64,000 bases of DNA from Rhodothermales bacterium (GTDB lineage: Bacteria > Bacteroidota > Rhodothermia > Rhodothermales > VXPQ01), in contig JBBDTI010000013.1 in NCBI GenBank assembly GCA_040904565.1, positions 96,001-160,000 of the forward strand, in the 5' to 3' direction. Made by a program: the position numbers and the translations under genes. Below the pieces are notes generated by a model. It saw nothing but the letters and a program-made list of their open reading frames with translations. It did not search any database and was not told the origin of the DNA. How positions within the stretch are numbered: position 1 is the first letter of the stretch; the number at the start of each line of letters is the position of its first letter. Below, piece after piece: positions 9,184 through 19,628 of this stretch.

Positions 9184-10584
9184 ATGCCGGGAACCCTTAT
9201 CGTCTCAATCTCCGGGATTCGGGGGGTCTTCGGTGATGGACTTGACCCTGCCGTGCTGGTCCGCTTCGGCGGCGCGTTCGGGACGTGGTGCCGGCGTCGG
9301 GCGATGGAATTGGGTCGGGAGCCGGCCGTCGTGATCGGCCGCGACGCGCGCGTGAGCGGCGACGTTTGCGCGCGGATCGTTTCGGCCGCGCTTCAGAGTG
9401 CGGGCGTCGACGTGGTCGATGCCGGTCTTGCCACCACGCCGACGGTAGAGATGGCCGTCCAGGAGCGACGGGCCGCCGGAGGGATCGTGCTCTCCGCATC
9501 CCACAATCCGCCCGAGTGGAACGCCCTGAAGCTGCTCAACGAGAAGGGCGAATTCTTGACAGCGCGTGAAGGAGAGGAGGTGCTTCGCATCGTCGACGAC
9601 GGGACGTCGGAGACCGTAGGGTATGAAGGGCTCGGCACGTACGAGCGGGCCGACTTCCTGGACATGCATATCGATCGCATCCTGGAGCTGGACTGGATAG
9701 ACGCGGGCGACATCGCGGCGGCGGATTTCAAGGTCGTCGTGGATGCGGTGAATTCGGTGGGTGGCATCGCCCTACCTGCTCTCCTGACCAGACTCGGCGT
9801 CCGCGAGGAAAATATCGTCAGGCTCCACTGTGAGCCCACCGGCCGGTTCGCGCATCCGGCTGAACCGCTACCGGAACACCTGACGGAGCTCACGGAGCTC
9901 GTGGCGTCCACGCACGCGGATCTGGGCATCGCCGTCGATCCGGACGTCGATCGCCTCGCGCTCGTAGCAGACGGCGGGACCTACATGAGTGAGGAACTGA
10001 CCCAGGTGGTCGCGGCCGATTTCATGTGGAAGCGCGCGAAGGGACCCTTCGTCACCAATCTATCGTCGTCTCGCGCGGTGGACGATCTCGCCGAAGCGTA
10101 CGGTCAGACCGTCTTTCGCTCGGCGGTCGGCGAAATCAACGTCGTGCAGAAGATGCAGGAAGTCGGCGCCATATTGGGTGGAGAGGGGAACGGCGGCGTC
10201 ATCGTGCCGGAGCTGCATTACGGTCGAGACGCGCTCGTCGGCACAGCTATCGTACTCCAGCATCTGGCGACCGAGAAAGTAGCTCTTTCAGAGGTCATGA
10301 GGGGATTGCCGCGCTACACGATCAGCAAGAACAAGACGGCGATCGGCGATACCGACCCGGATACCGTGCTGGCCGATCTTGCTCGGCAGTATGCGGATGA
10401 GGAGACGGACACGACGGACGGTCTGAAAATCAATTTTATGGAGGAATGGGTCCACCTGCGAAAATCGAACACGGAACCCATCATCCGCATTTATGCAGAG
10501 GCGAGAACGGCGGAACGTGCCGGCGAGCTCGCCGAAAGGTTCATGGAGGAGCTCCAGGTGTCGGCGGCGACGGTATCGAGGTAA
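9184..10584 (+). CDS. glmM: phosphoglucosamine mutase / phosphohexomutase
   Basis: SISGIRG, SASHNP phosphoserine loop, DPDVDR metal loop, GGEGNGG and RKSNTEP. Confidence 0.88.
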   Translation: MPGTLIVSISGIRGVFGDGLDPAVLVRFGGAFGTWCRRRAMELGREPAVVIGRDARVSGDVCARIVSAALQSAGVDVVDAGLATTPTVEMAVQERRAAGGIVLSASHNPPEWNALKLLNEKGEFLTAREGEEVLRIVDDGTSETVGYEGLGTYERADFLDMHIDRILELDWIDAGDIAAADFKVVVDAVNSVGGIALPALLTRLGVREENIVRLHCEPTGRFAHPAEPLPEHLTELTELVASTHADLGIAVDPDVDRLALVADGGTYMSEELTQVVAADFMWKRAKGPFVTNLSSSRAVDDLAEAYGQTVFRSAVGEINVVQKMQEVGAILGGEGNGGVIVPELHYGRDALVGTAIVLQHLATEKVALSEVMRGLPRYTISKNKTAIGDTDPDTVLADLARQYADEETDTTDGLKINFMEEWVHLRKSNTEPIIRIYAEARTAERAGELAERFMEELQVSAATVSR

Positions 10585-10635
10585 CCGGATGCGGAGCAGG
10601 ATCGGCGCGATGACAGCGTCGGAAGGCTGAAACGT

Positions 10636-10676
10636 GCTACGTGGGCCCCATCCACCGCTACGTGTGCCCGATCCAC
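10636..10676. repeat. 20-bp imperfect direct repeat x2 (21-bp period)
   Basis: GCTACGTGGGCCCCATCCAC and GCTACGTGTGCCCGATCCAC, 18/20 identical. Confidence 0.8.
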
Positions 10677-11416
10677 GAAGAAAGTTGTTGGAATAATGGA
10701 ACGGATCGAAAAGGCTGTTGCTGTAGGTCGACCGCTCCAGTATGTTTAGAGTGATCATTGTCTTAATCGAGCGTCGATCCTCGATTGTCGACACGGAATC
10801 ACCGCAATCGAATATCTGCGCCACGCGGCGCTCCGGCACTGCGATTCAGTCGTGCGTTTCGGTCATTCGAAATGCACGCGAGTGAATTCATTAATTCGTC
10901 CGGCGATAGCTGACTCGACATGCGCGCTGACGTCACAACACGTATTATTCTACGCAGTGCCTCTCTGGCCGTGATTAGATCGGTCAAGCGGCGGCGCGTG
11001 AACCTGTTTCGTGCGGACTACCGACCGCTTATCTGTCGACGGGCAATTCCTCTCGACTTTGCCGACGCGGAGCCCTTCAGGTCCTCACTAGACCGCAATA
11101 TCGATGCGATGTCTTCGACCGCTTCTTGCTGTTGAGTTAACGTCCCGACGTGCTGAAGTGCCGTGGCCGTGGATGTGGGCGTCGAAGGTTGATGATGAGG
11201 TGGAAGACGTGGTATGGAGCGTACGGCGACGCGTGACGTTGCGTACCATCCTTCCAAGACTGTAACGATGTTTCCTTGCACGTACGGACAAATCAGAGTA
11301 TTTACGTGCGGCGAGGACGCATCTTCGAATACGACTGAGGGGCGAGACCCCACCCTTCAGCTGCCATCCCCATTTCCGTCCTTGAAGTACGAGAGGGTAC
11401 ATTCGGCATAATAGTC

Positions 11417-12931
11417 ATGCGGCAGGCCGATTCCTTTCATGTTGACGCCGACGAATTCATCGGGCCCGTACAGCGCGGGTCCACTGCCCTGCTGTATAAG
11501 ATTTTTCATGCGAGCCCGTCGCCGATCATCATATCGAGGCTGTCGGATGGGTGCGTGATCGACGTGAACGAAAAGTGGGTTTCGCTTACGGGCCACGAAA
11601 TCGGGGAGACCGTCGGTTCGAGGCTCGCCGACATCAACGTGCTGGAAGATCCCGGCCGTTTTGCCGAGATACGAAAGCATCTCGCTGACGGAGCGTCCGT
11701 GCAGGACGAGGAGATGGAGCTTCGCACGCGTTCCGGAGAGCGGCGTACGGTGCTTCTGTCGGCGCAGCAGATCGATGTCGAGGGAGAAGCCTGCGCGCTC
11801 ACCGTGATGACCGATATCACGGAGCGGAATCGCGCGCTTTCGGCGCTGCGGGCCAGCGAAGAACGGTTTCACATGCTGGCGGATTCAGCTCCCGTATTGA
11901 TCTGGTTGGCGGACGAGACGGGGACGGCGGAGCATTTCAACAAGTTCTGGGTCGACTACACGGGATCGCCGCTGGAGGAACACCTCTCTGGGGGATGGGA
12001 ACGATTCGTCCACGCTGACGATCGGGATGCATGCAAAGGGGCGCTTCTGGACGCGATCGATCGACAGGAGGCGTTTACGAGAGAGTACCGCCTCCGGCGA
12101 CACAACGGGCAATATCGGTGGGTGCTCGACCGCGCGATTCCGCGGTTTGATTCAGAGGGCACGTTCGCGGGATTCATCGGTTCCTGCGTGGACATTCAGG
12201 AAGAGAAGGAGCGACAGCTGGCTCTCATCGAGGCGAAGGAGCACGCCGAGGAAATGTCCAAGCTCAAGGTGATGCTGCTGACGAATATCACGCATGAGAT
12301 CCGGACGCCGCTTACGGTCATTCTTGGGTTCACCTCGATTCTCCGGCAGGGCGTGCGGACGGAATACCAGCGGTTCGTGAATCTTATCGAGCGCAGCGGC
12401 CGGCGGCTTCTCTTGATGCTCGACTCGATGCTGGACCTCGCCCAGATCGAGTCCGGCACGCTTGAAATCGATTTTCGGGCGCACCATGTCGGACACATCG
12501 TCGACAGTGTCGCGGCGCTCGTCAGACCGGCTGCCGAGGAGAAGGGCGTGGATCTCGTCGTTTCGCTCTCGCAGGAGCGTTATTGTGCTCGCGTGGATCA
12601 CGGGGTGCTCACGCGCGTCGTGAACAACATTCTCGACAACGCCGTCAAGTTTACGGATCAGGGACATGTGGACGTTTCCGTTCGTCGCCACGGATCGGAG
12701 ATCCACATCGTAATCGAGGATACGGGCATTGGCATAGAACCGGAATTTCTCCCACACGTCTTCGATCCGTTCGTTCAGGAAAGCACGGGGTTGGATCGTA
12801 CGCATCAGGGTAGCGGTTTGGGTCTCGCCGTGTCGAAACGGCTCGTAGAATTGATGGACGGCACGATTACCCTGTCCTCGGAAAAGCACCGCGGATCCGT
12901 GTTCACGATCGTGTTGCCGGCGTCCGACTGA
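11417..12931 (+). CDS. cytoplasmic PAS-PAS sensor histidine kinase
   Basis: Two PAS/PAC domains, H-box THEIRTPL, N-box NILDNAVKFT, DTGIGI and GSGLGL; no TM segments and no receiver domain. Confidence 0.93.
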   Translation: MRQADSFHVDADEFIGPVQRGSTALLYKIFHASPSPIIISRLSDGCVIDVNEKWVSLTGHEIGETVGSRLADINVLEDPGRFAEIRKHLADGASVQDEEMELRTRSGERRTVLLSAQQIDVEGEACALTVMTDITERNRALSALRASEERFHMLADSAPVLIWLADETGTAEHFNKFWVDYTGSPLEEHLSGGWERFVHADDRDACKGALLDAIDRQEAFTREYRLRRHNGQYRWVLDRAIPRFDSEGTFAGFIGSCVDIQEEKERQLALIEAKEHAEEMSKLKVMLLTNITHEIRTPLTVILGFTSILRQGVRTEYQRFVNLIERSGRRLLLMLDSMLDLAQIESGTLEIDFRAHHVGHIVDSVAALVRPAAEEKGVDLVVSLSQERYCARVDHGVLTRVVNNILDNAVKFTDQGHVDVSVRRHGSEIHIVIEDTGIGIEPEFLPHVFDPFVQESTGLDRTHQGSGLGLAVSKRLVELMDGTITLSSEKHRGSVFTIVLPASD

Positions 12932-12990
12932 GTGACCGGGAGCGGTCCGGCGGACGTGTTCGATGCATGCGATGGGCCCGTCGCATAAAC

Positions 12991-13030
12991 AAAAAAAGCG
13001 GGACCACCTCGATGGGCGATCCCGCTTTTC
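12991..13030 (-). terminator. intrinsic terminator of groESL (possibly bidirectional)
   Basis: Minus strand AAAAGCGGGATCGCC...GGTGGTCCCGC followed by T7, just after the groEL stop. Confidence 0.85.
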
Positions 13031-13056
13031 CTGTTGTCGATAAGGCGCCTGGTGGA

Positions 13057-14757
<1,701 letters not shown>

Positions 14758-14786
14758 TCAGTGCATGTCGACTAAAACGTCAAGAC

Positions 14787-14808
14787 GGCACCCACCGAAG
14801 TGGGCGCC
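14787..14808 (-). other. C(UUCG)G hairpin between groES and groEL
   Basis: mRNA-sense GGCGCCCAC-TTCG-GTGGGTGCC, 9 nt after the groES stop. Confidence 0.7.
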
Positions 14809-14817
14809 GAGTGGTGT

Positions 14818-15108
14818 CTAGTCTTCAATAATGCCGAGGATATCGCTCTCACGCATGATCAGGAGATCTTTGCCTCCAAGAGAAATCTCGGTACCCGAGT
14901 ATTTCCCGTAAAGTATCGTGTCGCCTTCACCGACGCTCATGTCGATCTTCTTTCCGTCCTCAACGCGACCGGGTCCGACCGACACGATCGTTCCGCGCTG
15001 TGGTTTCTCCTTGGCCGTGTCAGGGATGTACAGGCCGCTTTCCGTCTTGTCTTCGGCTTCTTCGGGCTGCACGACGACACGGTCACCAAGGGGTTTAATC
15101 GATCCCAT
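14818..15108 (-). CDS. groES: co-chaperonin GroES
   Basis: [23 protein letters not shown] and KYSGTE. Confidence 0.99.
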   Translation of the reverse strand: MGSIKPLGDRVVVQPEEAEDKTESGLYIPDTAKEKPQRGTIVSVGPGRVEDGKKIDMSVGEGDTILYGKYSGTEISLGGKDLLIMRESDILGIIED

Positions 15109-15160
15109 AGTCTTCTTCCTCCTTTTATTGGTTTGGTAATGCGGGTAAATGTCTCGGCTG

Positions 15161-15187
15161 TTAGCACTCTCGCTCGTTGAGTGCTAA
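15161..15187. promoter_or_regulatory. CIRCE element (HrcA operator)
   Basis: Perfect TTAGCACTC-N9-GAGTGCTAA about 50 nt upstream of groES. Confidence 0.97.
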
Positions 15188-15321
15188 TGTGTACAACAAG
15201 GTATTTGGGGACCCTGTTCCGGATCAAGCCATCGAAGGGTTCGTGGTGTGAAACCCCCGTTAATCGCAGAGTTGGAAAACGGCCGAAACCGTTACGAGAT
15301 ACAATCGACGAGAGAGTGCAA

Positions 15322-15804
15322 ATGACGCACGAACAGGCACCGTGGGAGGCCGGATGGGGTGCGGCTGTCGCGTGTACGGCAGCCCTTGTCGTCTTGATAT
15401 TTGCACCTTCGTTCGCCGGCGGGGACGTTCGGTCTCTCGTCATGGCCGCTTTCTCGGGTGTCTGTCATCAGATGCCGAGTCGTTCGCCCCATGTGGGGGG
15501 AATACAGCTCGCGGTGTGCGATCGGTGTCTGGGCATCTACCTCGCCCTGGCTGCTGCCGCCACGATATATCCGCTCGCGAGGTTCGTGGACGATCCGCTG
15601 GGCCGGCATGCGGGTCTGGCGATCCTGATCGGCGTGCTGGTCCCGGGTGCCGACTGGGTCGTCGACGTCCTCGGGTTATGGTCGAATACGCCCGCAAGTC
15701 GCCTGATGACGGGCGCCGTCTTCGGGGTCGTGGCAGGCTATTACTTTACGGGCGGACTGGTTGGACTGATCGACGGGAACCGAGATGGACGGGAAGAGAC
15801 GTAG
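15322..15804 (+). CDS. DUF2085-type membrane protein
   Basis: VCHQMPSRS and VCDRCLGIY motifs, plus SRLMTG and TM helices. Confidence 0.8.
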   Translation: MTHEQAPWEAGWGAAVACTAALVVLIFAPSFAGGDVRSLVMAAFSGVCHQMPSRSPHVGGIQLAVCDRCLGIYLALAAAATIYPLARFVDDPLGRHAGLAILIGVLVPGADWVVDVLGLWSNTPASRLMTGAVFGVVAGYYFTGGLVGLIDGNRDGREET

Positions 15805-15881
15805 CGGTTAGAATATGCTGCCGCAGGTGTCTATCTTTAATACACTCGCTCGTCGTCTTTCGCTTATTCATCGTCGACCGT

Positions 15882-16349
15882 ATGCCGAACAGGTCCCAGT
15901 CCATTATCCTCGCGGGAGCTGCCGCTGGAGTCGCTGCCGTCCTCGCCGGGCTCATTCCAGCATTTGGAGATTGCCTGGCATGCATCATCCTCATCGCGGC
16001 CGGCGTTCTCGCCGTGTGGCACTATACCGATCGCCATCACCTGACCGTAACCGGCGGGCAGGGCCTCCTTCTGGGCGCGCTGGCGGGCCTCGTCGCCGGC
16101 GGCGTGCAGACGATGATCGCCGCGCTGTTCGCACGCATGGGCGTGACACCCGGCTGGCAGGAGGAACTGCGGCGGGGTTTCGAGCAGAGTGGAATGGATC
16201 CTTCTCAGATCGAGCAGATTCAGGAGATGCTGTCGTCTCCAGCCGCGTACGTCGGTATCCTGGTGTTCGGGCTTTTCGTAACCGCCGTCGCGGGCGGGAT
16301 AGGAGGAGCCGTTGGAGCAGCGGCGTTCAAGCGCGCAGACGACGCTTAA
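15882..16349 (+). CDS. hypothetical membrane protein (about 4 TM)
   Basis: Start at MPNRSQSII; Gly/Ala-rich TM helices; plausible codon usage. Confidence 0.7.
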   Translation: MPNRSQSIILAGAAAGVAAVLAGLIPAFGDCLACIILIAAGVLAVWHYTDRHHLTVTGGQGLLLGALAGLVAGGVQTMIAALFARMGVTPGWQEELRRGFEQSGMDPSQIEQIQEMLSSPAAYVGILVFGLFVTAVAGGIGGAVGAAAFKRADDA

Positions 16350-16381
16350 GAGGATCGCCGTGCGCCGTCTGCGGAATGAGT

Positions 16382-17071
16382 TCAGGGCCGTCGCATGGAG
16401 ACGGGCCGGTCCAGGATCTCCTTTACGAGGAATGCCTCCCGGAGCGAGGCACGCTTCGCGAGCCGTCGGCGAATACCCGGTAGCTGCTTTCGTGCGGGTT
16501 CCTCGTACGGAGATATGACCCGTAGATCGTGCCGTGTAGTGCGATGCGGGTGGCGGCCGACGCGTTCGAACGTCTCTTCTTCCGCGAACGACGATTCAAG
16601 CGCCGGGAGGCCGGGTACGATCTTGTCACTCACCTCCGGACGGGATCTTTTCTTGATGGATGAGGAATCCATTCGCGGCTCCGTTCGCCGCTTTGTCCGC
16701 CGCTTCAGCGAGTCCGGCGTGTGTCGCGTCCCGGTACGTATGCGGTCGGACGAACGCCTTTGCTCGGGCGGTGAGATGGTAGGGGTCGATGCGGATGCGC
16801 GGCGCTGCTCATGCCTCTGTTCCTGCCTGCTTGCATGAGGTGCCTCCGCGGCGGTCGTATGCTCGGTATCCTCCGCACCCGGAAACCCCAGAGCCTGCCG
16901 AATCTCATCGAGCGCTACGCTCAGCTCGTCGGCGCCTCCGCGAGAGGAGTCGCGATGCGCCTCTTGTGGCTGCCTTTTCCCGGTCTGTTTGCTTCGCTTC
17001 CCGCCGCCGATCATGCGTGCGAGAAAGTAAAAGACAATGAGTGCGATCCAAAAGAGGCCGTCGAGATCCAT
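16382..17071 (-). CDS. single-TM hypothetical protein, YqfB-like C-terminal motif
   Basis: N-terminal TM (MDLDGLFWIALIVFYFL), disordered middle, C-terminal LREAFLVKEILDRP. Confidence 0.7.
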   Translation of the reverse strand: MDLDGLFWIALIVFYFLARMIGGGKRSKQTGKRQPQEAHRDSSRGGADELSVALDEIRQALGFPGAEDTEHTTAAEAPHASRQEQRHEQRRASASTPTISPPEQRRSSDRIRTGTRHTPDSLKRRTKRRTEPRMDSSSIKKRSRPEVSDKIVPGLPALESSFAEEETFERVGRHPHRTTRHDLRVISPYEEPARKQLPGIRRRLAKRASLREAFLVKEILDRPVSMRRP

Positions 17072-17076
17072 CTGGG

Positions 17077-17156
17077 GGGCGGTGTGTGAGTTGGGCGGTG
17101 TCTGAGTCGGGCGGTGTTTGAGTCGGGCGGTGGGTGAGTCGGGCGGTGGGTGAACG
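17077..17156. repeat. 16-bp tandem repeat x5 (GGGCGGTGNNTGAGTC)
   Basis: Units start at 17077, 17093, 17109, 17125 and 17141. Confidence 0.93.
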
Positions 17157-17219
17157 GCAGTGACGAAGGACAAAGACTCGATCGAATCTACGGTACGGCG
17201 ACCTGAATGCGAAGGACGT

Positions 17220-19565
17220 TCAGTGCTTGATGAGTCGATGTGTCCTTATCCCGTTCGGTGTAAGGATACGTGCAAGATAGACGCCGGACGCCCAACTATC
17301 ACTCCGCACGACGATCTCATGACGGCCGGCCCGGAGTTCGCCGTCGTACACCGCGGTGAGGCGCCGTCCCAGGGCGTCGAACACGTCGACGGTCACACGT
17401 TGCGTCTTCGGCAGGTCGATCACCAGCGTCGTGGCGATTCGATAGGGGTTCGGATAGCTGGAAAGTACGGCGAACGTCTCGGGCGCCGGGAGATTGACCT
17501 CCACCGTACCTAATAGATACGTTCCCACACCATCATCGAACCGGACTCGATACAGGTACACGCCGGCCGTAGAAAGGGCATCGCGAACCTCGTATTCCCG
17601 TCCGCTCGAACCAGATCCAGCTATCTCGCCGATGCGCGTGTAATCCGCCGCGGACTGGCCGGCACCCACCGGTCGGCGGTCGACGATGAACGTGCCTGAC
17701 GAACGCTCGTATAGAGACTTCCAGCTCAGCGTCACGCCGTCCAGCGATGGGGCGGCCTTGAGGTGCGCGATCGCGGCGGGAAGCGTCGCACCGCGCGTGC
17801 CGGACACAACCAGTGAAAAGGGCTGGCGGGAGCTGCCGAACAGGGATCCTTTGTGTGAGACGACGATGGTGTAGGCGCCCGTGTCGGCTTCCGACACGTA
17901 GATCTGTTCTACCGGATCGACGCGGTTGTCACCGCGGACGGCCGGTCCGAGAGGATCCGTCGGGTCGAGGACGTACGGATCGTATTCCGTTCCGGAGGCA
18001 CGATGTATGAGCCGGACGTCCAGATCATTGCGCAGGCGCGGCTCGGGGTCATCGATGGACGAGGGGCCGTTTGCCGGCAGACGCGTGCCGGGCGGATCCG
18101 TCCAGCTCAGCGTGAGACGAAGCGCTCCTGATCCGTCGGAGACGACGTCGCGTGCGTACTGCTCCCCATCGTGCAGCGCGTCTTCGATGATGGCTGAAGG
18201 GTTTTCCGCCGATGCCTGAATGTGGAGGGCGGCTCGTTCCGCGTCCAGTAGTCCCCATCCTGTGCGAACGTCCGGGCCGGGCGTCGCGCGGTCGTCCGCC
18301 GTGTGGAGCGCCAGACCCTTTAGCGTAGCCGCTCGGAGCGGTGCGCCAAAGAGGTCGCGATAATACTGCTGCAGGAGGGTCAGGGAGCCCGTCACGGTGG
18401 CGGTCGACATCGACGTGCCACTCGATACGCCGTATGCATCAGTCCGGGCCGAGGAGAGCGAGTAAACCTGTTCTCCGATGCCGACCAGATCGGGTTTGAT
18501 ACGGTTGTCGTCCGTCGGGCCGAAGCTGCTGAATACGCTTAGCCTGAGGGACGCATTGACGGCGCCCATCGAACCGATCGTGAGGACGTTCTTGGCCGTG
18601 CCCGCGCCGGCGATCGTGTCGAGTCCGGAGTCCCCGCCATCAGGTGGAATCGGGCGGTCTTCGATCCGAAACGTTTGATAGTTGCCGTCGCCGTCGAGGG
18701 CCCGGTAGGTACCGGTACGTGGACCTCCGTCCCCGCGATCGTTCCCCGCCGCGACGATGGGGAGCAGATAGGGATACGAATGTGCGACGCGGTCGAACTG
18801 GACGGCTTCGACATCATAGCGCCCGAAGACGTAGTCCTCGGTTGTACTGATGTCGGGATCGCCCAGCCAGTACCAGCCATCTCCGGTTCCTTCGACGTCT
18901 CCGAAATGCCAGCCGGCCAGAACACCGTACGAATGATTCGAGTGGAGGAGACCGTTTTCACCCTCGTTCAGCATCTCCGTGGCATCGTTGGTCCACGTAT
19001 AGGACGTAAGGTGCGCCTGGTAGGCCATCCCTCGTGCGTCCGGGTCGATGCCCGTGGCGGCAAGCGTACCGCCTACGTGCGTCGCGTGACTGGATACCTC
19101 CGCATCGTCACCGGTGTCCACACGTCCGGACAGCTCGATGTGATCGCCAAGCACGTGGCCGCTATCCCATACGCCGATGCGCTGGCCGGTACCGGTCGCT
19201 CCGAGACCCGTCCGGCCGCCGGGCTGAATGTGGACCGTGCCCAGCCAAATCGCCGCCCGGGCATTGGCGGCACCGAGATAGAACGGCCGGCCCTCACGTA
19301 CATCCACCAGTTCGATTAGAGAACCATCTGATTGCACGATCCGGCGCGGGAGCTCGCGCGCTGCGGACCATCGAGCGGCGGAGGTCTCGGCGTCACGCTC
19401 CGTCCGGTGCACCTGTTCGATGACCTCGGCACGATCGGGTGCGACGCGATCCTGTGCCCTTGCCGTCACACCGGCGGACGCCGATACGAGCAGGATGAGG
19501 ATGAACGTGATCGCGCGCACGTGTCGGAGATGAAAAGGAGCAAAATGTGTCGATGATGGGATCAT
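17220..19565 (-). CDS. secreted S8 (subtilisin-like) serine peptidase with T9SS-type C-terminal sorting domain
   Basis: Signal peptide; triad GVWDSG / SHATHVGG / SGTSMS; C-terminal YPNP...SGVYLARI. Start codon uncertain. Confidence 0.9.
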   Translation of the reverse strand: MIPSSTHFAPFHLRHVRAITFILILLVSASAGVTARAQDRVAPDRAEVIEQVHRTERDAETSAARWSAARELPRRIVQSDGSLIELVDVREGRPFYLGAANARAAIWLGTVHIQPGGRTGLGATGTGQRIGVWDSGHVLGDHIELSGRVDTGDDAEVSSHATHVGGTLAATGIDPDARGMAYQAHLTSYTWTNDATEMLNEGENGLLHSNHSYGVLAGWHFGDVEGTGDGWYWLGDPDISTTEDYVFGRYDVEAVQFDRVAHSYPYLLPIVAAGNDRGDGGPRTGTYRALDGDGNYQTFRIEDRPIPPDGGDSGLDTIAGAGTAKNVLTIGSMGAVNASLRLSVFSSFGPTDDNRIKPDLVGIGEQVYSLSSARTDAYGVSSGTSMSTATVTGSLTLLQQYYRDLFGAPLRAATLKGLALHTADDRATPGPDVRTGWGLLDAERAALHIQASAENPSAIIEDALHDGEQYARDVVSDGSGALRLTLSWTDPPGTRLPANGPSSIDDPEPRLRNDLDVRLIHRASGTEYDPYVLDPTDPLGPAVRGDNRVDPVEQIYVSEADTGAYTIVVSHKGSLFGSSRQPFSLVVSGTRGATLPAAIAHLKAAPSLDGVTLSWKSLYERSSGTFIVDRRPVGAGQSAADYTRIGEIAGSGSSGREYEVRDALSTAGVYLYRVRFDDGVGTYLLGTVEVNLPAPETFAVLSSYPNPYRIATTLVIDLPKTQRVTVDVFDALGRRLTAVYDGELRAGRHEIVVRSDSWASGVYLARILTPNGIRTHRLIKH

Positions 19566-19628
19566 GCGCAAAAGGGCTGCCGGCCAGATAGATTCCGGTT
19601 CCGAAAGGTACGGCCCGGAAGAAACTGT

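Noticed and set aside
11041-11095. c-di-GMP-I riboswitch upstream of the PAS kinase
   Set aside because: Only loose GGCAA/GACGC resemblance; it lacks the GNRA tetraloop/receptor and the GCAAAG core.
17077-17156. CRISPR array
   Set aside because: The units are contiguous 16-mers with no spacers, and there are no cas genes in the window.
19568-19581. Sigma54-like GGCAGC-N4-TTGC before the S8 peptidase
   Set aside because: It would place the TSS downstream of the likely ATG, and the match to consensus is weaker.
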